Of a stretch of DNA of 21,121 bases, positions 9,431 through 19,941 are shown piece after piece. Numbering within the stretch: the first letter of the stretch is position 1; each line of letters opens with the position of its first letter. The notes under the pieces were generated by a model, which searched no databases, had not been told where the DNA came from, and saw nothing but the letters and a program-made list of their open reading frames with translations. The DNA comes from Capsulimonadales bacterium (lineage in GTDB: Bacteria; Armatimonadota; Armatimonadia; Armatimonadales; Armatimonadaceae), in NCBI GenBank assembly GCA_033762295.1, contig JANRLW010000015.1, positions 1 to 21,121 on the forward strand. Direction: 5' to 3'. The position numbers were made by a program, and so were the translations under genes.

Positions 9431-10936
9431 CTACTCCGGCAGGGTCGCCGGGTCCATCGGACGAACCACCGTGTCGCGCCGGATCGGCACGATCGCCAGG
9501 GGGTCGGTCGCCGTCGCCGCCCGACGGTTCCGATAGTCCCGGTAAATGTTCAGGAACAAAACGCCCAGGATAATCCCCCCGATCGCCCAGGCGGTCAACT
9601 GGCCGAGCCACCAGGCAGCCAGGGTCGGGTCATCGGTCGTCTCCTTCGCCCAGCGTTCGCGCACGGTCTGCTGTACGGCGAGCGAAACGGCGATCAACAC
9701 CAGGTTGACCAGGGCGACCGGCAACATTCCCTTCCAGCCGAAGCGCATCAGCATGTCGTAGCGCAGGCGGGGGAAGGACGCGCGCACCAGGATGAAGAAC
9801 GAGATCAGGGTGTAGAGTTTCGTGACGAACCAGAAGGGCGCGATCACGCAGTAGTTGATCAGGTTGACAATGAACAGGCCGACGCCCCCGCCGAAGCTGC
9901 TCGCCAGCGCCTCGCTGTAGGGCAACTGACTGAGGCCGCCCCAGGGCGCGAGCCACCCCCCGAAGAACAGCGTGACGCAGATCGCCGAAACGATCAACAT
10001 GTTCGCGTATTCGCCCATGAAGAACATCGCGAACTTGAACGACGAATACTCGGTGTGGAACCCGGCGACCAGTTCCGTCTCGGCTTCGGGCAGGTCGAAC
10101 GGAGCGCGGTTGGTCTCGGCAATCATCGAGATCATGTAGATGACCGCCGCAATCAGGCCGAACGGGAACAGTTTGAGGACGTTCCAGTGCCAGAATCCGG
10201 AAAGGGCATCGTGCACCGGCACCGCCGCCGGAATATTCCCCGACGACAGGACGCCGTTCACCGGAACGTAGTGAAGGATGCCCTGCCCGTTGGTCAGGGT
10301 CGTTCCCGCCTGAAAATACCCCGATGGCTGGGCCGGATCATGCCCGAGGACGATCGCCTGCGTTCCGAGCGTCCCGGACATCAGCAGGACGGCGATGATG
10401 GACAGACCCATCCCCAGTTCGTAGGAGATGACCTGCGACGAGGCGCGCAGCCCGCCGAGCAACGAATATTTGTTGTTCGAGGACCAGCCGGCGAGAATCA
10501 CCCCGTAGACTTCGATGGACGCAACCCCGAGCAGAAAGAGAATCCCGATATCCAGACCGGGCGCGACCGCTCCCCAGTCCCGGGACGCATTCCAGGGCAG
10601 CACGGTCACCGACATCACGATCGGAGCGAGGGCAACGGCGGGGGCGAGATAATAGAGCGTCTTATCGACGTTGGTCGGGGTGATGTCCTCTTTCATGAAG
10701 AGTTTGAGGGCATCGGCCACCGGCTGCAACAGACCGAACGGACCGACCCGGTTCGGTCCGAGACGTCCCTGAAGGAGTCCGAGCAGACGCCGTTCCAGCC
10801 AGACCAGGATCGGCACCGAGCCGAGGGCGCCGGCGACGCCGATCAGAAGACGAATCACCGAGCGCACCACTTCCGCCCACCACGGAATCTGATTCCCCGG
10901 GAGCGTGAACAGATACTCCCACCATTGATAGTTCAT
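9431..10936 (-). CDS. nuoH: NADH-quinone oxidoreductase subunit H
   Basis: GPNRVGPFGLLQPVADALK, SNNKYSLLGGLR, ISYE, AETNRAPFDLPEAE and PRLRYD motifs. Start is ATG 10936 or TTG 10945. Confidence 0.95.
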   Translation of the reverse strand: MNYQWWEYLFTLPGNQIPWWAEVVRSVIRLLIGVAGALGSVPILVWLERRLLGLLQGRLGPNRVGPFGLLQPVADALKLFMKEDITPTNVDKTLYYLAPAVALAPIVMSVTVLPWNASRDWGAVAPGLDIGILFLLGVASIEVYGVILAGWSSNNKYSLLGGLRASSQVISYELGMGLSIIAVLLMSGTLGTQAIVLGHDPAQPSGYFQAGTTLTNGQGILHYVPVNGVLSSGNIPAAVPVHDALSGFWHWNVLKLFPFGLIAAVIYMISMIAETNRAPFDLPEAETELVAGFHTEYSSFKFAMFFMGEYANMLIVSAICVTLFFGGWLAPWGGLSQLPYSEALASSFGGGVGLFIVNLINYCVIAPFWFVTKLYTLISFFILVRASFPRLRYDMLMRFGWKGMLPVALVNLVLIAVSLAVQQTVRERWAKETTDDPTLAAWWLGQLTAWAIGGIILGVLFLNIYRDYRNRRAATATDPLAIVPIRRDTVVRPMDPATLPE

Positions 10937-10972
10937 AGGTTCCAAATCCGTTGCCTTTGGCCTTTGCCGTCC

Positions 10973-13264
10973 TTACACCGCGGCCGGGACGGCGACTTTC
11001 GGCAGCGCGCGTGCGTACTCCCGGTAGATATCACGCGCCGAGAAATAGGGGACCGGCGTCCCCAGTCGTCCGAACAGGTCGGCGAGAATCCGCCAGTCCG
11101 GTCGCGAGTTCCCACGCGGCAATATGGCCTGCCGGATCTTCTGTTCCCGCCCCTCGATATTGACAAACGTTCCATCCTTCTCGATGAAGGAGGAGGAGGG
11201 GAGGAGAACATCGGCATGGCGTGCCGTTTCCGTCAGGAACATGTCCTGCACGACGACGAACGCCGCGTTCGCCAGCGCTTTTCTCGCCAGCTCGGGATCG
11301 ACATACTCCTTCGCCGGATCGCTGCCCATGATATGGAGCATCTTGATCTTGCCGCGCGCCGCTCCGGCGAGGATTCCCGCCATGTCGAGTCCGGGGTTGG
11401 TCGGCAGGGAGGCGTTCCAGACACGCTCCAGATGGACCCGCGCCTCGGCGAAGCCGACGGTGGTCGACGCTCCGTTGCGGATCATGCCGGGCAGATACGC
11501 CGGGGACGCGCCCGCCAGCGGCGCACCCCAGGAGTTGCAGTCGGGCAACAGCACGTTCAGCTTCGCCCCGACGGTCCGGCAGATCATCTTGGCGCGCAGG
11601 ATATCCTCGGGGTCGAGGTAGTGCGGCAGCAGGAGGACCGCATTCTCCCCGGCCTCCGTCAGAGCCTGGGTCACGGAGGCGTCGAGCGACGTCGCCTGAA
11701 TCCAGTTCGCGTTCTTACGCTTGACCGCCTTGACGACACGCAGGTAAACGATCGGCTGTTCGAAATCGAGCTTCATCCCGACCGAAACAATCGTCGGGAA
11801 GTTCTCGATCGCCGCGATGCTCGTCTGCATCGGTTCGAACGGATAGGGACGCATCTGGTGATCGATGTTATTGGTTCCGACCAGGGCGCGCATATACCTG
11901 GCGAACAGGTAGTTCTCCTCCAGCGTCACGCGGGTCGAGGCGATTCCGGCGATGCTGTCGGGGCCGTAATGCTCCTTGTAGGTTCGAATCCGATCCTGCA
12001 GGACGATCAACGCTTCGTCCCAGGAGACTTCGACCAGTTCCCCCTCGCGGCGAATCAGCGGTTGGGAGAGGCGTCGCTCGTCGTTGACGTAATACTGGCC
12101 GAACTTACCCCGGTCGCAGGTCCACTCCTCATTGATCTCCTCATTGGTTCGACCGTTGATCCGGACCAGTTCCCCGAGCCGATGCTGAACGGCGATATTG
12201 CAGCCGTTTCCGCAGGCCGCACAGATCGAATCCACCGATTTCACTTCCCACGGACGACCGGCGAAGCGATAGGTGCGCGACGTCAGCGCGCCGACCGGGC
12301 AGATCTCGATCGTATTCCCCGAGAAGTTCGATGTGAACGACGTGCCGAAGAAGATCCCGATCTCGGAGGATGCCCCCCGGTTGAGCAGGTCCAGTTGTCC
12401 GTCGCCGGCAATCTCGTCGCAAAACCGGGTGCAGCGCATGCATTGGATACAGCGTTCGCGGTCCAGAATGACGAAATCGGACAGCGGTTGCGCCTTCGGG
12501 TAGTGCCGTTTTTCCTCGATAAAGCGGGAGGTCGGCGGCCCGTAGGAGATGGTCATGTTCTGCAGGGGACATTCGCCGCCCCGGTCGCAGATCGGGCAAT
12601 CGAGGGGATGGTTGGCGAGCAGAAACTCCAGAATTCCGTTCTGCGCCTTTTTCACATCGGGAACGCCGGTCTTGACAACCATGCCGTTCTGCACCTGCAG
12701 GTTGCAGGTGGTCATCAGAGCCGTACGCCGCGCGCCGAACTGTTCCAGTTCGACCGAGGCCAGGCACATGCGGCATGCGCCGACCGAGGTCAGGCGCGGG
12801 TGATAACAGAAGTAGGGAACGTCGGCTCCGGCCCGGAAGCAGGCTTCGATGACCAGGGTTCCTTTCGGCACCTCGACGGGGACTCCGTCGACCGTCACCG
12901 TGAACATCTCGGCTCCGGCGGCCTGCGCCGCTCCCGCCTTGTTTTCGGCGGTTTTGGCGTCCTGTTTCTCGATCGGGGTCTTTTCACGCTCCCCGGTCGG
13001 ACCGGCGGACTGTCCGGGAGCGGCCGGCGCGGGGGTCGGACCACCCTGCACCTGCTTGTTCTGCATCTCCTGCGGGACGCCTTGCGCGCCGACCGGCGCG
13101 CTGCCGAGTTTCGCGCTGCCCTCGCCGATGACCTGCTCCTTGCCGGCCTCGGCTTTGCCGTCCGGCGCACCCGGAATCCCCTGACCGGGGGGCGGCGCCG
13201 GTGTCGCGCCGCCCGCGTTCACCTGCGCGCTGTCTTGCTGCTTGATGGTATCTTTATCCGCCAT
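10973..13264 (-). CDS. nuoG: NADH-quinone oxidoreductase subunit G
   Basis: Fe-S motifs CYHP..GACRMC, HPLDCPICDRGGEC, CIQCMRC..CPVGAL and CAACGNGC; molybdopterin-oxidoreductase-like C-terminus. Start is 13264 or the internal ATG at 12907. Confidence 0.9.
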   Translation of the reverse strand: MADKDTIKQQDSAQVNAGGATPAPPPGQGIPGAPDGKAEAGKEQVIGEGSAKLGSAPVGAQGVPQEMQNKQVQGGPTPAPAAPGQSAGPTGEREKTPIEKQDAKTAENKAGAAQAAGAEMFTVTVDGVPVEVPKGTLVIEACFRAGADVPYFCYHPRLTSVGACRMCLASVELEQFGARRTALMTTCNLQVQNGMVVKTGVPDVKKAQNGILEFLLANHPLDCPICDRGGECPLQNMTISYGPPTSRFIEEKRHYPKAQPLSDFVILDRERCIQCMRCTRFCDEIAGDGQLDLLNRGASSEIGIFFGTSFTSNFSGNTIEICPVGALTSRTYRFAGRPWEVKSVDSICAACGNGCNIAVQHRLGELVRINGRTNEEINEEWTCDRGKFGQYYVNDERRLSQPLIRREGELVEVSWDEALIVLQDRIRTYKEHYGPDSIAGIASTRVTLEENYLFARYMRALVGTNNIDHQMRPYPFEPMQTSIAAIENFPTIVSVGMKLDFEQPIVYLRVVKAVKRKNANWIQATSLDASVTQALTEAGENAVLLLPHYLDPEDILRAKMICRTVGAKLNVLLPDCNSWGAPLAGASPAYLPGMIRNGASTTVGFAEARVHLERVWNASLPTNPGLDMAGILAGAARGKIKMLHIMGSDPAKEYVDPELARKALANAAFVVVQDMFLTETARHADVLLPSSSFIEKDGTFVNIEGREQKIRQAILPRGNSRPDWRILADLFGRLGTPVPYFSARDIYREYARALPKVAVPAAV

Positions 13265-13297
13265 AGTTGCGTTCGATTCTCTGTCAGGTTCGATGGC

Positions 13298-14590
13298 TTA
13301 CGCCGCCGCGGGAACCGGCGTGTAACTGCCGGTCCGGATGTATTCGAGATATTCGTTACGGAACAGGCGCAGCGAGGTCATCACCGGCCAGATCGCGCCT
13401 TCGCCCAGAGGACAGAACGACTTGCCGCGGATATTGTCGCAGATGTCCCATAAAAGGTCAATATCCGACTCCCGCCCCGCCCCGGACGTGATCCGCTGGT
13501 AGATCTTGACCATCCAGTTCAAACCCTCGCGGCAAGGGGTACATTTTCCGCACGATTCGTGATGGTAGAACTCCGTCAGTCGCTGCGCCAGCGGCACCAC
13601 CGGAACCGTCTCGTTGAACACGATCAATCCGCCCGATCCCAGACCGAGCGTCTGGGTGTTCTGCGGGATTCCCTCGTAATCGAACGGATAGTCCAGCGGG
13701 GTCGGCGGAGCGAACCCCATCGAGGAACCGCCGGGGATATAGGTTTTCAGCTTCCCTTTAACGCCGCCCGCGATCTCCAGCACCTCCTGGAACGGTGTCC
13801 CGAGGACGATCTCATAGACGCCGGGCTTTTGCACATGCCCCGAGATCGAGAACAGCTTGGTGCCGCGCGACCGGGGCGACCCGTAGCCGATCTTGGTATA
13901 CTCCGCGCCGCCCATGTTCAGGATCGGCACCAGGGTGGAGACCGTTTCGACATTGTTGACGACGGACGGACGGTCCCAGACCCCCTTGACCTGCGGCAAC
14001 GGGGCATACGGCGGCTTCATACGCGGCATCCCCCGCTCGCCCATCAGCGACGACATCAGCGCGGACTCCTCGCCGCACTCGTACGCACCCGCGCCGAGGT
14101 GTGTATGGATCTCGAAGTCCATCCCGGAATCCAGGACATTCTTCCCGATGAATCCGGCACGCCGCGCCTCGTTGATCGCCTTCTGCACCGATTTCCATGG
14201 CTGAACGTACTCGCCCCGGATATAGATGTAGCATTTGGACGCGCGCAGAGCGACCATCGAGCATAGACACCCCTCGATCAGCAGGTGCGGCAGGGCGTTC
14301 ATCAGGTCCCGGTCCTTGGCGGTTCCCGGTTCGCCCTCGTCGGCATTGATGATCAGGTAGTGCTCGACATCGTTGTTCTTCGGAACGGCCGCCCACTTGA
14401 TATGGGTCGGGAATCCCGCGCCGCCCCGTCCGCGCAATCCGGAAACTTTCACTTCATCGATGATGGCGTCCGGCGTCATGGTCAACGCCTTGCGAAAGGC
14501 CTCGTACCCGCCGTGCTCCAGGTAAACGTCCAGCGTGTGGATTCCCGGCACATGGCGATGCTTGTACAGGATCTGTGGCTGTTCCATCAT
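13298..14590 (-). CDS. nuoF: NADH-quinone oxidoreductase subunit F
   Basis: SGLRGRGGAGFPT, NADEGEPG, GAGAYECGEESAL and ESCGKCTPCREG motifs. Exact start uncertain (14587, 14590 or 14611). Confidence 0.95.
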   Translation of the reverse strand: MMEQPQILYKHRHVPGIHTLDVYLEHGGYEAFRKALTMTPDAIIDEVKVSGLRGRGGAGFPTHIKWAAVPKNNDVEHYLIINADEGEPGTAKDRDLMNALPHLLIEGCLCSMVALRASKCYIYIRGEYVQPWKSVQKAINEARRAGFIGKNVLDSGMDFEIHTHLGAGAYECGEESALMSSLMGERGMPRMKPPYAPLPQVKGVWDRPSVVNNVETVSTLVPILNMGGAEYTKIGYGSPRSRGTKLFSISGHVQKPGVYEIVLGTPFQEVLEIAGGVKGKLKTYIPGGSSMGFAPPTPLDYPFDYEGIPQNTQTLGLGSGGLIVFNETVPVVPLAQRLTEFYHHESCGKCTPCREGLNWMVKIYQRITSGAGRESDIDLLWDICDNIRGKSFCPLGEGAIWPVMTSLRLFRNEYLEYIRTGSYTPVPAAA

Positions 14591-14661
14591 GTCAAAGGGT
14601 CGTCTTTCCAACCCGGAGCGGTCTTTACGAACCTCTTCGGGAAAATCTTCACAAACTCAGG

Positions 14662-15195
14662 TCAAAAAGAAAGCGTCTCCGAGATCAAGCCCTGCGGTGG
14701 CTTTTCGGTCTCGGAGGGCGCGGCCTTCAACTCCTCCAGAAGCGTCTCCATCCGCGGAATCGTCACGTCCTCGTAGTATGTCCCGCCGACCTGCACCGCG
14801 GGCGCATTACAGCAGGCTCCCAGGCACTCGACGCGCGAGAGGGTAAAGGTTCCGTCCGGGGTCGTCTCTCCGGCATGGATGCCCAGACGACGCTCGCAGT
14901 GGGCGATCAACTCCTCGGCGCCGAACGCCATGCACGGCACATTCTGACAGATCTCGATATTATGCCGGCCGAGACGCTCCTTGTTGTACATCGTGTAAAA
15001 GGTCGCGACTCCGGCCACCTCAGCGGGGGGCAGTTCGAGGTATTCCGCCGTTTCGCGCATCGCTTCCGACGTCAGCACCCCGCCGTACACCTCCTGCATC
15101 ACCCAGAGAGCGGGCAACAGGGCAGCCTTTTTTACCGGATAACGGGAGATCAATTCGTCGAGACGCCTGGTCACTTCCGGAGTTAACTTCGACAT
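14662..15195 (-). CDS. nuoE: NADH-quinone oxidoreductase subunit E
   Basis: ALLPAL, VATFYTMY and 2Fe-2S ligands CQNVPC...ECLGAC. Start trimmed to MSKL at 15195. Confidence 0.93.
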   Translation of the reverse strand: MSKLTPEVTRRLDELISRYPVKKAALLPALWVMQEVYGGVLTSEAMRETAEYLELPPAEVAGVATFYTMYNKERLGRHNIEICQNVPCMAFGAEELIAHCERRLGIHAGETTPDGTFTLSRVECLGACCNAPAVQVGGTYYEDVTIPRMETLLEELKAAPSETEKPPQGLISETLSF

Positions 15196-15239
15196 TCGCT
15201 CTGGTTCGCTTTCCTCATCGGCCTTCCGACATCCGATGC

Positions 15240-15248
15240 AGTCTACCA
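15240..15248 (-). promoter_or_regulatory. Putative extended -10 promoter (TGgTAGACT) for the nuoE-N operon
   Basis: TG-n-TAGACT about 45 nt upstream of the nuoE ATG, in the intergenic gap. Confidence 0.35.
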
Positions 15249-15282
15249 TACGGGCGATGCGTGCGGACGCGGATTCCCCTTA

Positions 15283-16392
15283 CTATAACCGATATGCCTC
15301 CGCTCCTGCAATCCCCTTTTCCGTTCCCGCTTCCGTTCCCGTCTCCCCGACGGGTTCGTCGGACAGTCGGGCGAGGAGATCGGACCAGACGGTTTCGGGA
15401 AGAGTCCGGCCTATCCGGTCCGGGTTCAGGTTGGCGCGGATATTCGCCGGTCGGGACGATCGGAACAACGTCACTCCCTCCGGGTTTTCCCGCAGGGCAA
15501 ACCGCAGCAAAAGGTTCGATAGGGTCGCCGTGTCGTCCGGATCGGCATCGAGCAGGGTCCGAAGCTCCTTTGCCAGGGCCGCCGAACCGGCGATTTTCGC
15601 CCGCAACGCCGGCAAGGAGGCCATCGCGCCGTGCGTGAGGATCGCGCGCGGCCCGAACGCGCGTACCGGCGCGACATGGGGATACAGGAGGCTGCTCTCG
15701 AACTGCATCACCGGGATCGAGGTCGCGCCCGCCTCGCAGATACGGCGGATTCGTCCGTACGACGACCCGAAACCGTACTGGCGCACCTTCCCCGCCGCTT
15801 TCGCCTCCGCCAGAAATGCCCTCAGTTCGTCCGACCGGGCATCCTCGACCTCGCCCTCATGGACGAAGAAAAGGTCCAGATAGTCGGTACGGAGTTCGCG
15901 AAGCGTGGTTTCCAGACTCTGCCGGGCCAGGGCGATATCGAACGGCGGGCGCACGCCCGCCGGTTCGGCTGCGGGCACGGCGGCGGACGGCGAGGAAGCG
16001 GACGCCGACGGCGCGTCTCCCCGTCCGAGCACCTTTTTCAGCAGCGGACGTACGCCCAGAACGACGGGAGACGTGCGTAACCGACGCCGCAACCAGGCGC
16101 GGGAGGCACTCTCCCGGTGAAAATCGCCGCCGTGGTTGACGCGAAACTTGCTGGTGATGGTGATCCGGTCGCGCTTGTCACGCGCGAAGACGCCGAGCAC
16201 CTCCTCGGAGTCCCCCGCTTCGTACGAACGAGCAACATCGAAATGACGGATGCCCATCTCGAACGCGGTCTCCAGCAGTTCGAGCGCCTGACGTCGCGTC
16301 CGGTCGGTTCCGAGCAGGGCATTACAGCCGAACCCGATCCGTGAGGTCGTAATATCGGTTCCGGGAAGAGTGACGGAGGGAAGCGCGTTCAT
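15283..16392 (-). CDS. Aldo/keto reductase family oxidoreductase
   Basis: SRIGFGC, GIRHFDVARSY..GDSEEVLG, ITSKF, SLETTLRELRTDYLDLFFVH and GKVRQYG motifs. Confidence 0.88.
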   Translation of the reverse strand: MNALPSVTLPGTDITTSRIGFGCNALLGTDRTRRQALELLETAFEMGIRHFDVARSYEAGDSEEVLGVFARDKRDRITITSKFRVNHGGDFHRESASRAWLRRRLRTSPVVLGVRPLLKKVLGRGDAPSASASSPSAAVPAAEPAGVRPPFDIALARQSLETTLRELRTDYLDLFFVHEGEVEDARSDELRAFLAEAKAAGKVRQYGFGSSYGRIRRICEAGATSIPVMQFESSLLYPHVAPVRAFGPRAILTHGAMASLPALRAKIAGSAALAKELRTLLDADPDDTATLSNLLLRFALRENPEGVTLFRSSRPANIRANLNPDRIGRTLPETVWSDLLARLSDEPVGETGTEAGTEKGIAGAEAYRL

Positions 16393-16416
16393 CGGTATCG
16401 CTTCATTGTACCCGGG

Positions 16417-16451
16417 AAAAAGAAACGAACGGGGGCGGTGGCCCCCGTTCG
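16417..16451 (-). terminator. Intrinsic terminator downstream of the TROVE/vWA gene
   Basis: Perfect 11-bp stem (16426-16436 / 16441-16451), 4-nt loop, then UUUCUUUUU on the minus strand. Confidence 0.85.
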
Positions 16452-16468
16452 CGGTCGGTAGATCACGG

Positions 16469-18116
<1,648 letters not shown>

Positions 18117-18219
18117 TCCCCGTTTCCTCCGAACCTCCGACAATTTTAATCTTTGTTTTGAGTACAATTCATCGGCTTGCGGGAATTGGCCCGCAAGACA
18201 CTGATGGATAGGAGCGACT

Positions 18220-19434
18220 ATGTACCTCTCTGCACGTGCTTTCGGCCGCACCATGAAGGTCGGCCTCGGACTCGGTTTGATCGCGATCATGGCGACCGGT
18301 GTCCGGGCGCAATCGCTGACCGCAATCGAAGTCATGTCCAATCTGGACAATCCCTACGGTCTGGCGATCGGCCCGGACGGCACCCTGTACGTTTCCGAAG
18401 GCGGCGTCGGCGGTTCCGGAACGACCGTCGTCGGCGCGACCGGTCCGCAGTCCTATGGCAGCACCGGCGCATTGACGCGCCTGCGGAACGGCGTCCAAAC
18501 GCGGGTCGTGACCGATCTTCCGTCGCTCGCTCCGACCGGCGGCGCGGAGGCCGCCGGACTTTCCGATATCGCGTTTCGCAACGGCAGCCTCTACGGCCTG
18601 ATCGGCTTCATCGGCGATCCCGCGCTCCGCGCCGGAATCTCCGAAACCACCGACTTCGGAAAACTGGTCCGGTTCGACCTGACGAACGGCACTTACACGG
18701 CGGTCGCGGACATCTCCCAGGTGGAGTCCGATCTGAACCCCAACGGCGCGGACCCGGTCGACGACATCAACAGTAACCCGTACGGCCTGCTGGCAACGAG
18801 CGACGGCTTCCTGATCGCCGATGCGGGCGGCAACTCCTTGATTCGCGCGACGGAAACCGCTCCCGGCACGGACACCTTCAATCTGGCCGTTCAGGGCATC
18901 TTCGGTTCCAAGCCCAACCCGACCCCGGTCGGCCCACCCTTCGCCCAGGCGGTTCCGACCGCCGTGGCCGCCGACGGTTCCGGCAATCTGTTCGTCTCCC
19001 AGTTGACCGGTTTCCCCTTCAACCCGGGCACGGCGGATATCTTTACCCTGGCCGCCGGGGGCGGCGTGATCGGCGTCCTGCCGACGCCGGATGGCCCCTA
19101 CTCCTACCTGACCGACCTGGTCTTCTCGAACGGCAGCCTGTATGCGCTCCAGTACGCGACCTCGTTCGCGCTGGGCGCCGGATGGCAGGGACCGGGTCTG
19201 CTCTGGCGGATCGATCCGACCACCGGCGACCGCACCCTGCTGTACTCCGGCTTGACCAACCCCACGGGTCTCCTCGTCACGGACGACGGTCGCATCTTCG
19301 TCACGGACCGTGGCGGTACGCCGGGTATCGGTCGGGTCCTCGAACTGACCGCCGCGCCGGAACCCGGTGCGTTCGGCCTGCTGACCCTCGGACTGGCGGC
19401 GGTCGGCATCCTCCGCCGCAAGCGCCGCGCCTGA
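18220..19434 (+). CDS. ScyD/ScyE-like beta-propeller protein with PEP-CTERM sorting signal
   Basis: Signal peptide ending VRA-Q; LDNPYGLAIGPDGTLYVSEGG, DINSNPYG, ADAGGN, QAVPT and LTGFPF motifs; C-terminal APEPG + TM helix + RRKRRA. AGGAG RBS. Confidence 0.85.
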   Translation: MYLSARAFGRTMKVGLGLGLIAIMATGVRAQSLTAIEVMSNLDNPYGLAIGPDGTLYVSEGGVGGSGTTVVGATGPQSYGSTGALTRLRNGVQTRVVTDLPSLAPTGGAEAAGLSDIAFRNGSLYGLIGFIGDPALRAGISETTDFGKLVRFDLTNGTYTAVADISQVESDLNPNGADPVDDINSNPYGLLATSDGFLIADAGGNSLIRATETAPGTDTFNLAVQGIFGSKPNPTPVGPPFAQAVPTAVAADGSGNLFVSQLTGFPFNPGTADIFTLAAGGGVIGVLPTPDGPYSYLTDLVFSNGSLYALQYATSFALGAGWQGPGLLWRIDPTTGDRTLLYSGLTNPTGLLVTDDGRIFVTDRGGTPGIGRVLELTAAPEPGAFGLLTLGLAAVGILRRKRRA

Positions 19435-19442
19435 TCCTCCGT

Positions 19443-19479
19443 GCCCCGATCCGCCGCGGATCGGGGCTTTCCGGTTTTT
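19443..19479 (+). terminator. Terminator hairpin after the PEP-CTERM gene (may also bound the converging RNA array)
   Basis: GCCCCGATCCG-CCG-CGGATCGGGGC followed by TTTCCGGTTTTT. Confidence 0.75.
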
Positions 19480-19483
19480 CCAA

Positions 19484-19620
19484 CCGGCTCGCGCAAGTTG
19501 ATGAAGCGGTGGTTTCCCACAAAAATACGCCGGAATCGAACCGACTACCCTCTGTTTCTCAAACAGATGCTCTACCGAATGAGCTTGTATGTACGCTTCA
19601 CCGATCAGGGCGCGAGACGG
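19484..19620 (-). ncRNA. Y-RNA-like RNA B containing a normal-order tRNA mimic (D arm, anticodon arm, T arm)
   Basis: Outer stem CUCGCGC/GCGCGAG; inner stem GGUGAAGCG/CGCUUCAUC. Payload: GCUC-AUUCGGUA-GAGC, UCUGU-UUGAGAA-ACAGA, GUCGG-UUCGAUU-CCGGC. Confidence 0.75.
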
Positions 19621-19628
19621 ACATTCGA

Positions 19629-19747
19629 GCGGGCGTACAAGTTCGAAAAGCGGAGTTTTTCCTCAGAAGAGGGGAAGGAATCGAACCTTCTCATCGCTTT
19701 TTGGCGATTTGTCCGTTTGTACGCTTTTCCGTTCGGGGTACGCCCGC
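19629..19747 (-). ncRNA. Y-RNA-like RNA C with a T arm and two short hairpins
   Basis: Perfect outer stem GCGGGCGUAC/GUACGCCCGC; CCCGAAC; inner GAAAAGCG/CGCUUUUC; UACAAAC; T arm GAAGG-UUCGAUU-CCUUC; 3' AACUU. Confidence 0.72.
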
Positions 19748-19756
19748 CCCCGCAAT

Positions 19757-19910
19757 TTTCCTCCCGCGCAAGTCGAAAAAGCGGGTTTTCACGTTCCGCG
19801 CTCTACCACTGAGCTACTCCCCGACGATCGGGGAGACAGGATTCGAACCTGCGACCACGGCCTCCATAAGGCGAGTGTGTACGCTTCCTGCATCGGGGCG
19901 CGGGAGGAAA
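19757..19910 (-). ncRNA. YrlA-type Y RNA D with a circularly permuted tRNA domain
   Basis: Perfect 13-bp outer stem (19757-19769 / 19898-19910). Internal order is T arm GCAGG-UUCGAAU-CCUGU, loop-closed acceptor stem CUCCCCGA-UCG-UCGGGGAG, then UA-GCUC-AGUGGUA-GAGC D arm. Confidence 0.85.
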
Positions 19911-19941
19911 TCTTTATATCGTTTATATCGCTGTCATTTTG

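Noticed and set aside
10055..13453. 1132-aa plus-strand ORF, and similar long plus-strand ORFs at 614-1906, 2274-3311, 5780-7885 and 16370-18091
   Set aside because: Antisense shadows of well-supported minus-strand genes in high-GC DNA; no recognisable motifs.
19525..19590. Standalone tRNA-Leu(GAG)
   Set aside because: Only a 4-bp acceptor stem, no long variable arm, no CCA, and nested inside the Y-like scaffold.
19800..19852. Split tRNA halves as a prophage or ICE attachment scar
   Set aside because: No integrase is present. The halves are joined in permuted order by a 3-nt loop within a perfect 13-bp closing stem, which matches YrlA topology.
19484..19910. Repeated CAAGT..AAGCGG / TGTACGCTT motifs as a CRISPR array or REP/MITE repeats
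   Set aside because: Repeats are short, non-identical and pair with each other around tRNA-like inserts. There are no cas genes or target-site duplications, so structured RNAs explain them better.
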